A DNA stretch of 64,000 bases from Octopus vulgaris (lineage: Eukaryota). This document shows positions 40,286 through 53,738 of the stretch, piece after piece. Location: NCBI GenBank assembly GCA_951406725.2, contig OX597821.1, positions 25,110,001 to 25,174,000 of the forward strand, read 5' to 3'. Both the position numbers and the translations under genes were made by a program. Each line of letters opens with the position of its first letter. Positions within the stretch are counted from its first letter, which is position 1. A model generated the notes under the pieces. The model was not told the origin of the DNA and did not search any database. It saw only the letters and a program-made list of their open reading frames with translations.

Positions 40286-41169
40286 GCGTAACCTTTCTCT
40301 CAGTAAATTAACAATATAATTTAATGCATGTTGATCTTTATTAAATTTGTAGCCATAAGAGCATTGGATAGACAGACCTGCAGAGAGTTGCCAAGATCAA
40401 CTTTGCTTTTTCATACTTATAATTTCAGAGTCAATAATAAAAGTTCCAATAGAAAGCAGTGGGTTGGTAAAATTGTTAGAGGGTTTGGAAACATGCCTTG
40501 TGATATCTGTTTTCATTCATTGCATTATAAGAGTAACAACTACAACACTGGTACCAAGCTTTATCAGTCTAAATCAGTAGCCTTTCCCTTGGATAAGTAT
40601 TACCGGTGTACAGAGGGAAGATTTACATGTATGGGCAATGCATGTAAGACTTCTCTCTCTAGTCTTCTTTTAAAAAAATCTCCCCCAGATCACATACATG
40701 GGCAAGGACACGGTAACCTCGACCAGTAGAGATATTACACAAATGGATGGTCTCTGTTTCTATCACTTTATTCTGATGATACAATAAAGGCAAAACCTAT
40801 ACTACTCGAACATGGTGCTTTCCTACACCACTGCTAATTTCAAGAAACTGTCCTTATGTCCCACCACCACTACCATTAGTAACCTACCTGCTTTTTTTTT
40901 TCTTTTTTGTCTGGTAACAAATAACATACAAGGCAACCATGAATAACATTCTCAATGTTATTAATAGTAATACAATAATGACTATTATATGAGGTGAATT
41001 GAAGTGAGCGGGTGAATAATAGCAAACCAATCATAGATGGAATATCCATCCACAAGTATTCTAATCTTCAAAAGGTAAATTGCCAATTTCTTTTCCTTTT
41101 CAGATGCTGAAGTCAAATGCCAACCAACTAAATCACCAGAATTCTCATCTTCAGAGCTGCTGCTGCTCA

Positions 41170-41450
41170 TCATTGTCAGTATATTGAAAGGTAGGCCAGG
41201 AGATATTGTGTTGATGCTAAAGTGGATGGATTAATGTGTATTGGATACAAGAGGAAAGATGGAGGAGAACCTCAGCCAAACACCACACAAGCAAGGAACA
41301 ACAGTATAAATTCTTATGGCTTGTAGCAGCAACAGAAAAGGCAGAGGAGATACACTATTAGCTGAGAAATGGATGAAGTAATTGTGGTGGTCAGAGTCAA
41401 TGAAAGTTAGTTAAGCTAAAACTAATTATTGACAATAGTGGCACTGCAAA
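41170..41450 (+). mobile_element. Degenerate RTE apurinic endonuclease fragment
   Basis: Across frames: ILKGRPGDIV, QEERWR, QQYKFLW, LLAEKW, VVRVNE...KLKLII. Confidence 0.6.
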
Positions 41451-42708
41451 CAAGCTACTGTAAGGGCAGCAGATAAGCAGAAAGACCACTATGAGCCCCT
41501 TCTCCAGACTACTTCAGCTGCTATTGGCAACTCATTGATGTATTAGGGTTTCTATGGAGTACATGGAGACTATGAGTATGGTACAAGGAATAAGGAGTAA
41601 TTAGGCACCTAGAGTTCTGTAATGCAAACGGCCCAATCATTCCAGGAACCCAGTGAGCTACCAGTCAAATGAACACACAAGCCACACAGACTTCATTCTC
41701 ATCATGAATGCTAAGTGTTTCTCTCATGAAGAACTTACCACAGGTTAGTGGTTAGTGAGTGACATCAGAGTAAGAACTGGACAGTTTGGAGAAGGACATC
41801 GTGAAAGCTGCTAAGGTCAACCATAGTAGGCCTTGAGCTCAGAACATAGAACATCATCATCATCGTTTAACGTCCGCTTTCCATGCTAGCATAGCTAAAT
41901 TACTCAAACAATTCTGCTAATCTACTGCCCATCTAAAAATAATGGCTAGTAGCAGTACTTGGTCTTGTCTGGATTTATTAAGACTTAAAATAAATACAAT
42001 CACATGAATTCATCATAATTTGAATATGTCACTTTTAACCCTTTTGATGCCAACCTACCCAAAGACCACCCTTGGTTTCCATGATAAAAACTTCATGTTT
42101 TAAAATTATTTAAATTAAAACTTTTTGTGTTGATTTATATTTCAAACACCAGCTTAATGAGGAAAAGGCTATTTCACTATATTCTTCATCATAATCATCC
42201 TCATATGTAGCATGTGTTCTCCATGATGGCATGGGTTAGATGGTTTGACTGGAACAGGTAAGCCAGGGAGCTGTACCAAGTTCCAGTCTGTTTTGGTTTA
42301 GTTCCTTTGGCTGGATACCCTTCCTAATGCCAACCACTCCTCAGAGTGTAGTGAGTACCTTCTGCATGTCAATGGCACCTTTTACACATCACCTGCAATT
42401 ATTTTCATTATTTTGAAAATTAATTGAAACAATAGTAATGTATTTCAACAGAAATAATAAAGACTGCTATCACTCTTCAGATTGTCCAAAACTGCAGATT
42501 CAATGGGAGACAGGCCATGGTCGTTCATTTCTAACTAATCTAATGATACATACTGTGAAAGCTTTTGCTTGCTTCTTAAGACCTACTGACACATACGCCT
42601 CTGCCATTAGTACAGAAGCCCACATCTCCAGTTCAGTTATTAAAGGCGCCATTCAAATATTTGCTACTATCACAAACCATTTTCTAAACTGTGACTTAAC
42701 TTAGAACA

Positions 42709-42749
<41 letters not shown>

Positions 42750-44244
42750 GTATGTATGTATCAAGATAAGCTTTTAAATGTACACAAGGTCACAACTTTA
42801 AGGAGATATGTCATTATAGTGACAAGACAGGTACTTACTTTAACAATCTTGCCAGGATATAAACACAGAAAACAATACAACTAAACATCAGTGTTTCTCA
42901 TACACCACTGCCTAAATAATGATAACAATTAAGAAAGATGGATGCGAGCACATTACAAACGCAACATCAAGGGTTACTGAATTTGGTATTAAGGTCATAA
43001 ATATGGCGGATTGGGAATTGTTGATAAATCAGCTTCAGTACTTATTTTATCAACACCAGAGCCATAAAAAGCTAAGAGAACCCTGGACAAATAATTAACT
43101 AAATACTGTCTATTGTTCTTCACAGAAGGTGTAATGTGGTAAAGAGAGAGAGAGAGAGGGACATGATCTGGTGGAGAGTGATTATGTGTGTATTATATAT
43201 ATATATATATATATACCCAGGTGAAAGCTGGGTATGCTCAGTATAGAAAACACAATAGTGCTCAAAAGGATTTAATTTCTTTGTCCAGGGCAAGGCCCAC
43301 ACCATCAAGGGTAACTATAAGAGAAATCCAAATCAAGCTGATACAGAGGTAGTACTAGTTAGGTTTTATATAGATATATTTACATGGAGTACAAAAAATA
43401 CAGAATAAAATATGTGATTTCTTAACAGCTATTTCAGAAAGCTCAGAATTATATAATTATAATAATTCGCAGATGAAATGTGCAAAACATTATGGATACA
43501 CAACTGGTAACCTGTCGCATGAAGATATTACAATAAGTCCAGTTCCCCTAATCAAGAGAAGATTGGCAAATACAATCTGTAGATATATATATCATCATCA
43601 TTTAACGTCCGCTTTCCATTCTGGCATGGGTTGGACGGTTCAACTGGGGTCTGAGAAGCCAGAAGGCTGCACCAGGCCCAGTCTGATCTGGCAGTGTTTC
43701 TACAGCTGGATGCCCTTCCTAACGCCAACCACTCCGTGAGTGTAGTGGGTGCTTTTTACGTGCCACCGGCACGGAGGCCAGTCGATCAAAATCTGCATAT
43801 GTACAAGTGTGTGAATATAATATATGAGTGTATTATTATTAAACACTAGTGTTAATTGAAGGAAAGTTGAGACCCAGACTTGAATAGTACTAATGACTGG
43901 AAATTGCTAGTAGAAAATTTGGAGAAGAAGCTTGTGCTCCCTCACCATACTGAAATAAGAAAGCCATCCTCTGATCTTATTGGCAAATATTTGGTTTAAC
44001 AAAAATGTCTTGACTGTGGAGTCGATGGTGTCTTAGGAAAAGAATACAGAGTGGAATCATCATTACTGTCATTTACCATCCAGTTTCCCTGCTGGCAAGG
44101 GTTGGATGGTCTGTCAGGAGCTGGTAAGGCTGGGGGGGGGGGGGGAACACAGCAGGCTCCATTGTCTGCTCTGGCGTGATTTCTACAGCTGAATGCCCTT
44201 TCTAACACCAACTACTTTACAATGTACCAGGTGCTTATGTGGCC

Positions 44245-44335
44245 CAGTACCAGTGCTCTTTACATGGCACCAGCACCAGTGCTCTTTACATGGCACAAGC
44301 ACCAGTGCTCTTTACATGGCACCATCACCAGTGCT
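44245..44335. repeat. 26-bp tandem repeat x3.5 inside an RTE-tail repeat
   Basis: CAGCACCAGTGCTCTTTACATGGCAC units at 44245, 44271, 44297 and 44323 (partial). Confidence 0.9.
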
Positions 44336-44866
44336 TAGTGAACTGCAGAGAAGAGCAGTGAATATTTCATCATGGATATATTAGAGGTATGAGGAACTAA
44401 AACCTAAGCTAAATACTGAGAATAAAACCTCAAGGAAATGTTAAGTGTATGATTGTCCCTTTAAACTTTTAATTCCTTTTGTCAAATGTTATATATTCAC
44501 ATTTTATAAAATTCATCCTGCATTATCTTGTAGCTTTGAGATTTCAAAGATGTGATTATCTATTTTTAGTATGATATTGCAGTGTAGGAATGGGAGGCTG
44601 GACCTCACCAGCTTGAACATAAAACAGGGAGAATATTCGGGCCAGATATGGCCTGTTTAAATGCTAAAGTGTTAAAGTAGTGTTACAAATGACACTGGTT
44701 GGGGCGGGAGGCATGCTAGTGCAGGCCAAACAAATTCAGACATTCCCAGGTGGCATTATTGCTACTCAGCACCACCAGGATCACTACGGTCTGAAGGGAT
44801 TAAAATCATTGTGATCCCCAAGTCAATAGTTGCTGACTGTAAAACTCCACATTGCAGGCTGTATGT

Positions 44867-45163
44867 CATCATCATCATTTAGCGTCCGTTTTCCATGCTA
44901 GCATGGGTTGGACGGTTTAACTGGGGTCTGTGAAGCCGGAAGGCTTCATCAGGCCCAGTCAGATTTGGCAGTGTTTCTACGGCTGGATGCCCTTCCTAAC
45001 GCCAACCACTCCGTGAGTATAGTGGGTGCTTTTTACGTGCCACCTGCACAGGTGCCAGACAGAGCTGGCAAACGGCCATGAACGGATGGTGTTTTTACGT
45101 GCCACCGGCACAGGGGCCAGGCGAGGCTGGCAACGGACACGAACGGATGGTGCTTTTACGTGC
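44867..45163 (-). mobile_element. RTE 3' UTR-type repeat with about 60-bp internal tandem units
   Basis: (CAT)n-TTTAGCGTCCG...GGATGCCCTTCCTAACGCCAACCAC; close relative at 43590-43782. Confidence 0.8.
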
Positions 45164-45284
45164 TATGTATGCATATATACATACATGTACCTTTTATGTG
45201 GGTGTGTGATCCACAGACTACATAGCTGCCATATATAGTTGATATGTTTGTTTGTTTGTCTATGGATCTACAGTGTACAATGAA

Positions 45285-45600
45285 GACATGTGGTTTAGTG
45301 GTTAGATTATTCAGCTCACAGTTGTAAGGTTGAGAGTTCAATTCCTGGAGGCACACAGGGTTCCTGAGCATAACATTTCAAGTTGCTCCAGTCCACTCAG
45401 CTGGCAAAAACGAATTGTACCTGTAATTAAAAGGGCTAGCATTGTCGAATTCTGTATCGTGCTGAATTTCTCTCAGAACAACATTATGGGTATGCATGTC
45501 TGTGGAGTGCTCAGCCACTTGCACTGTAATTTCATGAGCAGGCTCTTCCATTGATCAGCTCAACTAGAACCCTCTTCGTCATAACTGATGAAGTGCCAGT
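45285..45600 (+). mobile_element. tRNA-derived SINE family C
   Basis: TGGTTTAGTGG A-box, GAGTTCAATTCC B-box, CCAGTCCACTCAGCTGG body; relatives at 28433 and 52172. Confidence 0.7.
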
Positions 45601-45792
45601 TACATGTATTTATATTCTTTTACTTGCTTCAGTCAACTGACTGCAGCCATGCTGGAGCACCACCTTTGAAGAATTTTAGTTGAACAAATCAACCCCACGA
45701 CTTATACTATCAGTCACGTTTGCCGAACTACTAAGTTATGGGGGACCTAAATACACAAACATCAGTTGTCAAGCAGCAATCGGGGGACAAAT

Positions 45793-45831
<39 letters not shown>

Positions 45832-46049
45832 CACACATACACAAAGGGTGGTCCAAAAGTTACACACAAAACAAGTTCAATATGCTCCAGAATTGCTTAA
45901 GTCATGCTTCAATTTTCTAAAATTGATTAAAATAAAATAATGATGAATACACACATATTGTATATGATGAATAACATTAATAATATAAATAAAATGTCAA
46001 ATGTTTTGATGCATGACTTTTGGTACACCTTGTGTGTGTGTGTGTGTAT

Positions 46050-46081
<32 letters not shown>

Positions 46082-46123
46082 GTATATATACTTTATTTAA
46101 AGCAGCAGAAAATTCAACAAAAC

Positions 46124-46161
46124 CTGTTACTCTGAGTTTCCCGTTGCCATTCATCGGACAG
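46124..46161 (-). ncRNA. Variant minimal hammerhead motif in a pLTR-like insert between (TA)n tracts
   Basis: CTGT-CCGATGA-ATGGCAACGG-GAAA-CTC-A-GAG-TA-ACAG: stem I CTGT/ACAG, stem III CTC/GAG, GUA cleavage triplet, U4->C core variant. Confidence 0.55.
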
Positions 46162-46221
46162 TTTTTGCTGGTATTTGAGTACTCTTTTTTCCACCTTGTT
46201 TCACATTTATGTGTTTACTCC

Positions 46222-46269
<48 letters not shown>

Positions 46270-46959
46270 CACACACACATTTATATACAATGGGTTTCTT
46301 TCAGTCTCTGCCTACCAAATCCACTCATGAGGCTTTGGTCGGCCTGGGGTTATAGTTGAGGACATCTGCCAAAGGTGCTGCAGAGTGGGATTGAATCCTA
46401 AACCACATGCATGGGAAGCAAGCTTTTTAACTACACAGCCACACCTGTGGCTACATTCCCTGGTAAGATTGTGGTAATTCAGAACTCCTAGAGAGATCTA
46501 TACTGACTGAAGGTGCCAAAATTAGTGATCCCTAGTCTCTCTCTCTCTCTCTCACACACCCAAGTGTGTATGCAGACATTTATGTGTGACCATGCATGCG
46601 TGTGTATGTGTGTGTGTGTGTGTGTGATCATACTGGAATGGGTTGACTTAGGTCTCCGGCATAACAGTACACCACAACTTGTTGCAGTTATCTCCATCAG
46701 CTTTCACTATTTCATCCCTTGTTTTCTTTCACTGGATCACCTTGTACATCTTTACTCACATGCACATGCCAGCCCAGTCTTCCATTTTACACACCACATC
46801 TGATTTCTCTAATTGCTAATTTATCTCACAGCACACACACACACATTTCATCATTCATACACACTGACATTACACATATTCACCTCATATTCAAATAAGG
46901 TGAACATGTTCACCTCATTTTTTTTTTTTTCCAGCTTTCACACACACCCTCCAAAAATC

Positions 46960-47480
46960 GATGCCCTTGTTCTAATACAATGCAACATTACACTTCGTAC
47001 AGTCATAGCATCTATAATCTGCTTTTCTATCAGAGAAACAAATCCTTTTGTTGCCAGCATAGGTAACAGTTCCCTGAACCGTTCCCACTCTATTCTTACG
47101 CTCAACACTCTCCCCCAATGCTAATTAGGTCACCTAGGTAACAGAAGCTATTGATAGAATTTATTTTATCTTTACTCTTACTCACTAACCGTTACTGCAC
47201 ATCTACATACAAAGACTCTGCCAGCTTGCCTATGATCCTATTGCACCTCCTGTGCACCCATATGGAATTCCTTCCTATTTTTCTGCAAAGTGAACATCTA
47301 TCTCACAGATGGCAGTTAAGTCTTGTTTTCTTTCCTGCTAACGAAAATTACTGTACTCGTTAGGTTTTCATTATAACCTCTTGAATCTAGGCTTTGCTTA
47401 TACCATGGAAAATACGAAATAGTTTAGTGGCACAACAGAGCTAAGATATCCATGCATCATCATAGGGAGTAAGGTTGTGA
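46960..47480 (-). mobile_element. Degenerate RTE LINE RT fragment
   Basis: Minus strand WVHRRC, INSFCYLGDLISIGG, WERFRELLPMLATKG. Confidence 0.8.
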
Positions 47481-48278
47481 AGTATTTGGGTTTCCAGGAC
47501 TGAAATGAACATGGGGTTGTTAGCTGTGATACATATGGCAATATATGAGGTCTAGTTAATGGAAGAGTTTGTATGGGGTGGAGAGACTGAAGACTTGATA
47601 AGGTGAGAGAGGGAGAAAGAGTGAGCGAGTGTGAATCAAAGAAAAACGATGTGTATATCATAGAGGAAGTGAGTGCACCAAGGAGATGCGTGTGTATGTG
47701 TGAGTGTGTGTTTATATTGGAAAGAGAGGATGTGTTTATGTATGTGTAAATCAGAGAGAGAGAGAGAGAATGTGTCTGTGTGCACGATTGGGTGTGTGCA
47801 TCAGTGAGAGAGACTGTGTATTTGTGTGTACGATTGAGTGTGCGTGTGCGCGCGCAAGTGTGTATGTATGCGAGAGAGATCTATGAGCCAGAGAGAAAGA
47901 GAGATTGCTGTGTATGTGTAAGAGAACAGAGAGAGAGAAATGGAGTTGTATGTAGTGAAAATTGTGTGCCAGGGAAAGTGAGAGAAAGACAGAAATGTGT
48001 GGAAGAAGAGGAGGAGAGAATGTGTTTATGTCTCAGAGAGAGGAAGAGAGATACTTTAGAGAGAAGTGTATGAGAGAGAGAGAGAGAGAGTGAACGAGCG
48101 TTAAAAGCAACAAACCAAATTATTTTCCCCCAACTGCTATAATACCAATATTACAAGGGTTAGGGATTATTTCAGCTCCGCCAGGATCCCACTAGATCAT
48201 AAGGGACTTATTAATATTCTATCAAATTAGAAAATAGCACAAGCTTACATTAGTTTAATAGTCACAGTACCCTCTTAC

Positions 48279-48470
48279 ATCGTCATTAAATTTTTCATGG
48301 TGAATCAGTCAAAATTTGTTAACAAAAATTAGTTCAATATTTCAACCCGTACAATTTCTGCACGGTTTGATTATCAAATCTTCAATGTTAGTATTTCGGA
48401 ACGGCATAAATGCTACAACACCACAATCGCTGTCATACTTTTCTCTCCGCCATAGAAATGCGCTAGCGAC
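48279..48470 (-). promoter_or_regulatory. Putative first exon / TSS region of a minus-strand gene
   Basis: CpG-retaining non-repetitive-looking DNA, CCGCCAT motif at about 48447, CACC-ATG at 48298 (MKNLMT) and donor AT|GTAAGA at 48279/48278. Confidence 0.3.
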
Positions 48471-49989
48471 AGCAAAATCTCATTTTAACACCTTTTTCAG
48501 ACATTCCACAGATTCTATCCTCGAATATAGCCTAGATTTATTTCGTTTGTGTTAGCTAAATGCCGTATGAAAATAATGAACACATCATTTCATTGACGTT
48601 TTCTTTTTAAAATGATTAAAATAATGAATGGGTGAGAGACTGCTGCATTCAAAATATGGAAGCCAATATTGTGTTTCGACTGAATCTAAGGAACCAGTTT
48701 TCAGAAATAATTTCTAACAGGTACCGAAGAAGAGGAACAGTTGATTAAACTTAATCCCTCCAGAACTTGGATTTTACATTATTTTATTATCTTCAATAAC
48801 AATTGCTACTTATTTAAGGACAAGGCCAGTAGTTTTGAGAGAAGAGGTTTGTTTAGTCAATGTTGTACTTGATTGATACTTTATTTTATCGACTACAGAA
48901 AAAAAAAAGGGAAAGGCCAAATTGATCTCGTCGTGATCTGAACTCAAAAAGCGATGCAACTAAGTACCAAAAAAGCATTTTATTAGATAATAATACTTTG
49001 CTTCTAACGGAAGGCCAAAAAATTGCGATGAAAACTGTTAGTCGATTAAATCGACTCCAATACTTGACTGGTATTTTATTTCATTGACGCCTGGCAGATA
49101 AAAGGCAAAGTCGACGACCCAGGCGGAATTTGAACTCACGAAGTAGAGTGACACAACTAAGTACCACAGAGTATTTTTCCGATGACGACGCTTCAACAAT
49201 TCTTTAAAATCAAACCATAAACGCCACATATTCCTCTTCATTCCCACCTTCCAAAAGTAAATATATGAATAATCATTAGATGAGAATCTGCGAAAAACCT
49301 CACATCAAGGCAAACAGGTTCCACATTAGAGCAGCAACAGTTAATTATAATAAACAACAGACAGTGGTAATCACCAGTCAATAATAATATTACATAATAT
49401 AATGTAAAACGCCACCAACTGGATTGAGTTCGCTCTGTAAGGTGACACACAAACATTTGAAGGGAGATAATTTTAGGTTAACAGGCAGGCTTTTGTTTGT
49501 CTTTCATAAATTAAAAACACAGAGGAGTCATAAGCAAAATCATTATCATAATTTCAAATATACGAACATAAAGACGTATATAAACATACACACACACATA
49601 CACAAACACACATATATACACATACACACATATATGTGCATATACACACATACATACAATTCTAACACACACACACACAAATATAAATACAGACACACTC
49701 AACACTTCATTTATATACGTATGTGTTTACGTAGCATCATACTGTAATCTGGTTGCTTTGTCCTTGTGGTAAATAAACAATGATCATGATCGTTTCTATT
49801 TTTAAAATCGTTGCCTTTGCCATTTTCTTTCGAGATATTCTTTCCGTTGCGTTATGGAGAGACGGAGAGCAATATTAAGGGGTTCAAAGTCCCAGAAAAA
49901 TAATCAGGAAATTTCTAAACGGGAGAATTTACCTGAAGAATCGTTTATAACCAAGCAATCATTTTCATTCTACAGGTATACTACGTATG

Positions 49990-50042
<53 letters not shown>

Positions 50043-50145
50043 GAATCACCATCTGTATGATAGTCTGTAGTCGTAGATGAGTTTTATAGGGTAAACTCCA
50101 GGGTTAACACCCAAATGAAATATATATGTATATATATATATATAG

Positions 50146-50206
<61 letters not shown>

Positions 50207-50989
50207 CAATCTAAGAAAAAATATATCAAATAGATTTTAAAGAAATAATCGATGCAATAATGCGTGTGTGTTTGTCCACGGCCCAAAGCAATCTTAGGAT
50301 TAGTATTAAAAAAATATTTAGTATAATAGTAACATCAACAGTGGTTTGTGTGATAACAGAGTTTCACTGGTGGATAATGTATTATTATAATATTGGCCTT
50401 TGTTTGTGTCTACGATGACGACATTTAGGTCAAGAAAATACCCATATAAGAAGAGAAACCTTTACCTCTCTCTTGCTACATGCCTGGTAAAAGTTCCTAG
50501 CGCCTTATCAGTCTGCATTAGGGACCATGTAGGGATCTGTTCTAGTAGTTTGGAAGTAGGATCCGACCGAATTGTAAAGTCTCCTCACCTACGTCCATTC
50601 TTATTATACTCTGATAACAGGAGAGTTCGTATGGCCTATTTATACTAACCGAAATCTTACGATTTATCGTACTCAGCTACGGAAGCCTAAAAGTGTAACT
50701 AGCATATTTATAGTTGTATATATATGACAATATAGGCGGTTGAAATTAAAATTTAATTATAATTAAGCATCTTAGTTTTATTTATTCTATTAAAATTATC
50801 GGTACAGTAAATAAACTGAGGAATAAATAAATGAAATAGATGAAAACTAGTGCAATTGCATGCATTGAAATTACTTAAATTACTTCACTTCGCATTTTGC
50901 GTTGCTCCGGCGTAAGCAGATAACCAGACTACATTTCGAACTAAGGACTTCAACCACAATTAGTTATTAGTTACACACACATATGTGCG

Positions 50990-51056
<67 letters not shown>

Positions 51057-52252
51057 ACACACACACACATACGCGCGCGCACACATGCACACACATACAC
51101 ATATGCAGTGTGTGCGTGCGTTCAAATATCAGATGTTTTTCTCTATACGAACCGCCCTACTTTTATTCTAGCATTGGTGTTGGGGGTGGTGTTTTGTTTG
51201 CTTATTCATTCTTCATTTTATTTTTATTTTCCCTTTCATGAAGGATCCGGTGAATTCAATAAATAAACAACCGCTGTCGTCATTTTTCTTAACAATTATG
51301 TCACCTTGCGGCCTTCGTACAATAAGAACATTTGTTGCAATGTTCATTGGATCATCTGTCAGGAAATATTTTAATAAATAAATAAACATGTGCTCTCTCT
51401 CTCACTCTCTGTCTCTCTCTCTTACTCTTTCTTTCTCTCTGTTTTTCTCTCCCACTCTCTCTTTCTTTCACCCTCTCTCCCTTTCATTCTCACTTTCTTT
51501 CTCTTTCTTCCTTACTACTTCACTTCATTCCCTTCCTTTCCCTTTTTCTCTCTCTGTTTTCTTTTCTCTCTTTCACAATGTTTTAAGTTTCTTCTTTCTC
51601 TTTCATGTCTTACGCAACTGTCTGTCAGTGAATAAATAGGTTAAGGGCTGATGTACTAAATGTTATACACACACACACACACACACACACATACACACAC
51701 AAATAAATCCTTAATTAATTGAAATTACTCTCTTCGTTGCAAAAAGAAAACAAAACTCTTGCAACATTTGTTAACGCTTCCCAAAGTAAAGGGAGATAAT
51801 TTTTTTTAAATTAAAATTTATCTCCAACTTACTGTAGATACTTTGAGTAAAGACGTGATCTTTGTATGCGGAGGACGACTATGATGATGTTTCGGACTAT
51901 CTAACTTCGTCAGCAGAGGCATCTTATGGCATGGGCACAATACTCAGTTGCCCAGAGGCCTCACGAGTCTAGGGGACCAAATTCTGATGTATGTACGCTG
52001 TGGTTTGCTATCACTCAATAAAAAAAAAACTATATATGCTGCTAAGATAGTCCTGCTCGTCAGCATATTATAGTTTCCACAAGCCTGCTGGTCAAATTTG
52101 CCAATGATTTTTACATATCGAAGAGCTACAGATAACAAATAATGTTTGATCAGTATAATTTGCATAACTGAATGCGCGTAGCTTAGTGGTTAAGGTGTTG
52201 GACCTGTGATCGTAAGATTGTGGTCTTGATATCTGGACTGGGCGATGTATTG

Positions 52253-52664
52253 GGATCTTTTCGGTTTGAACGGCAGTTTTTTCTAGCGGAGTCATATGAA
52301 ATTGTCACCCATAATTATGACCCTAGAATCGATCTATTGCATTTCAATCTGTTTTAGGGTTAGGGTTAGGGTTAGGGGGGGTATCTTTTTTCTTCACAAA
52401 TGTAAATAAACCCAATCTGTTTCTTAAACGAGGGACATATTCATACGGCACAGAATGCTTTTTAACTCAATAGACGTCACTGATTGGTTGAAAGTGCAGA
52501 AATTGAAGAAAAAAACAACAAATATCTTACAAACTATAGAATTTTCCCAATAAAGCCAAGAGAAAAAGATGTTTTATAAACACATTCTACCAGTAAACGA
52601 AGTTTAAAATTTTTTAGTTACCTAGAAATTATGTTAAAAACTGCCGTTCAAACCGAAAAGATTC
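52253..52664. mobile_element. Merlin-like MITE with 8-bp TSD and internal (TTAGGG)4, inserted in a family C SINE
   Basis: TIR GGATCTTTTCGGTTTGAACGGCAGTTTTT / AAAAACTGCCGTTCAAACCGAAAAGATTC; TSD ATGTATTG (52245-52252) and ATGCATTG (52665-52672). Confidence 0.85.
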
Positions 52665-53194
52665 ATGCATTGTGTTCTTGAGTAAAACACTTCATTTCAT
52701 GTTGTTCCAGTCCACTCAACTGGTAAAAATGAGTAATCCTACGACTGACCAGTATTACGTCCAGGGAGGAATATATTCGCCAGAGGAACCGGGAAACTGG
52801 TCCTATGCACCTCACAGAGTAATGTGAATTAACCATAATTTGCAAACATAATGATGAGTCTTTATTGATCAGGCTATCAGATATCTTTATACATTACTGG
52901 TCATAATACGATTCTATTCTTCCTTTGACTGTACCTTTCTCGACCCGTTTGTTTTTCTTTTTTTTCTTTTTTACTTACTGTGTCGTCTTCTCATCAACTT
53001 GCAGGTCTTCCCAAATGAGAAATAAAGGAGATAACCCAAATGGTTCAATCACATGATTTGGGATAAATAAATTGGTTCTTAACTATTTGAAAAACATTTT
53101 TTTTTTCAGTTTGAGAAAGAAAACAGAAACCTAGCGGTAGTTATTAATGAATACAGGAGAAGGAGGGGGAAGAGGCAAGGGAGATGAAGAATTA

Positions 53195-53320
53195 CCTGTA
53201 TCAGTCGAAGAACAAGAGAAAATAGGTAAATACCAGGATTTGGTTAGGGAAATGCGACTACTCTGGAGGGTTTCTACAAAAGTGATCACAGTTGTTATAG
53301 GTGTACTAAATACTGTCGCC
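53195..53320 (+). mobile_element. R4/Dong restriction-like endonuclease C-terminal relic
   Basis: EQEKIGKYQDLVREMRLLWRVSTKVITVVIGVL (ORF 53147..53344). Confidence 0.7.
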
Positions 53321-53417
53321 AATAGACATAACAAGAAGACATAAAGAATTATCCTCTCAAGCTAATCATATATATATACGCTCTTCTACAGAAAGGGACA
53401 CAGAAAAAACAAGGAGA

Positions 53418-53502
<85 letters not shown>

Positions 53503-53579
53503 TAGCTTGAGAGGATAATTCTTTATGTCTTCTTGTTATGTCTATTGGCGACAGTATTTAGTACACCTATAACAACTGT
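53288..53579. repeat. Perfect 81-bp inverted duplication around (TA)n and a pLTR piece
   Basis: 53288-53368 is the exact reverse complement of 53499-53579. Confidence 0.95.
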
Positions 53580-53585
53580 ATTTAT

Positions 53586-53690
53586 AGGGAGAGTTTACGA
53601 AAAAAACGAAAGACGAAGACAGGTGGTGTACAAAACAAACAGATGTATTAGTATAACGCTCAGGAATAGAAAAAGTCTTTTACGTTTTAT
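53586..53690 (-). mobile_element. Penelope-like pLTR fragment (the other part lies at 53377-53420)
   Basis: Same family as 29728 and 36054: AAAGACGAAGACAGGTG...GTATTAGTATAACGCTCAGGAA...AAGTCTTTTACGTTT. Confidence 0.75.
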
Positions 53691-53695
53691 AAAAG

Positions 53696-53738
<43 letters not shown>

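Noticed and set aside
40985-41173. 62-aa ORF MMSSSSSEDENSG...
   Set aside because: No recognisable homology; adjacent and antisense to a decayed RTE endonuclease relic
42500-42652. 50-codon minus-strand ORF MAPLITELEMW...
   Set aside because: Short, unrecognised and without convincing splice context
52354-52377. Interstitial telomere or chromosome-fusion scar
   Set aside because: Only four units, located inside a TIR- and TSD-bounded MITE
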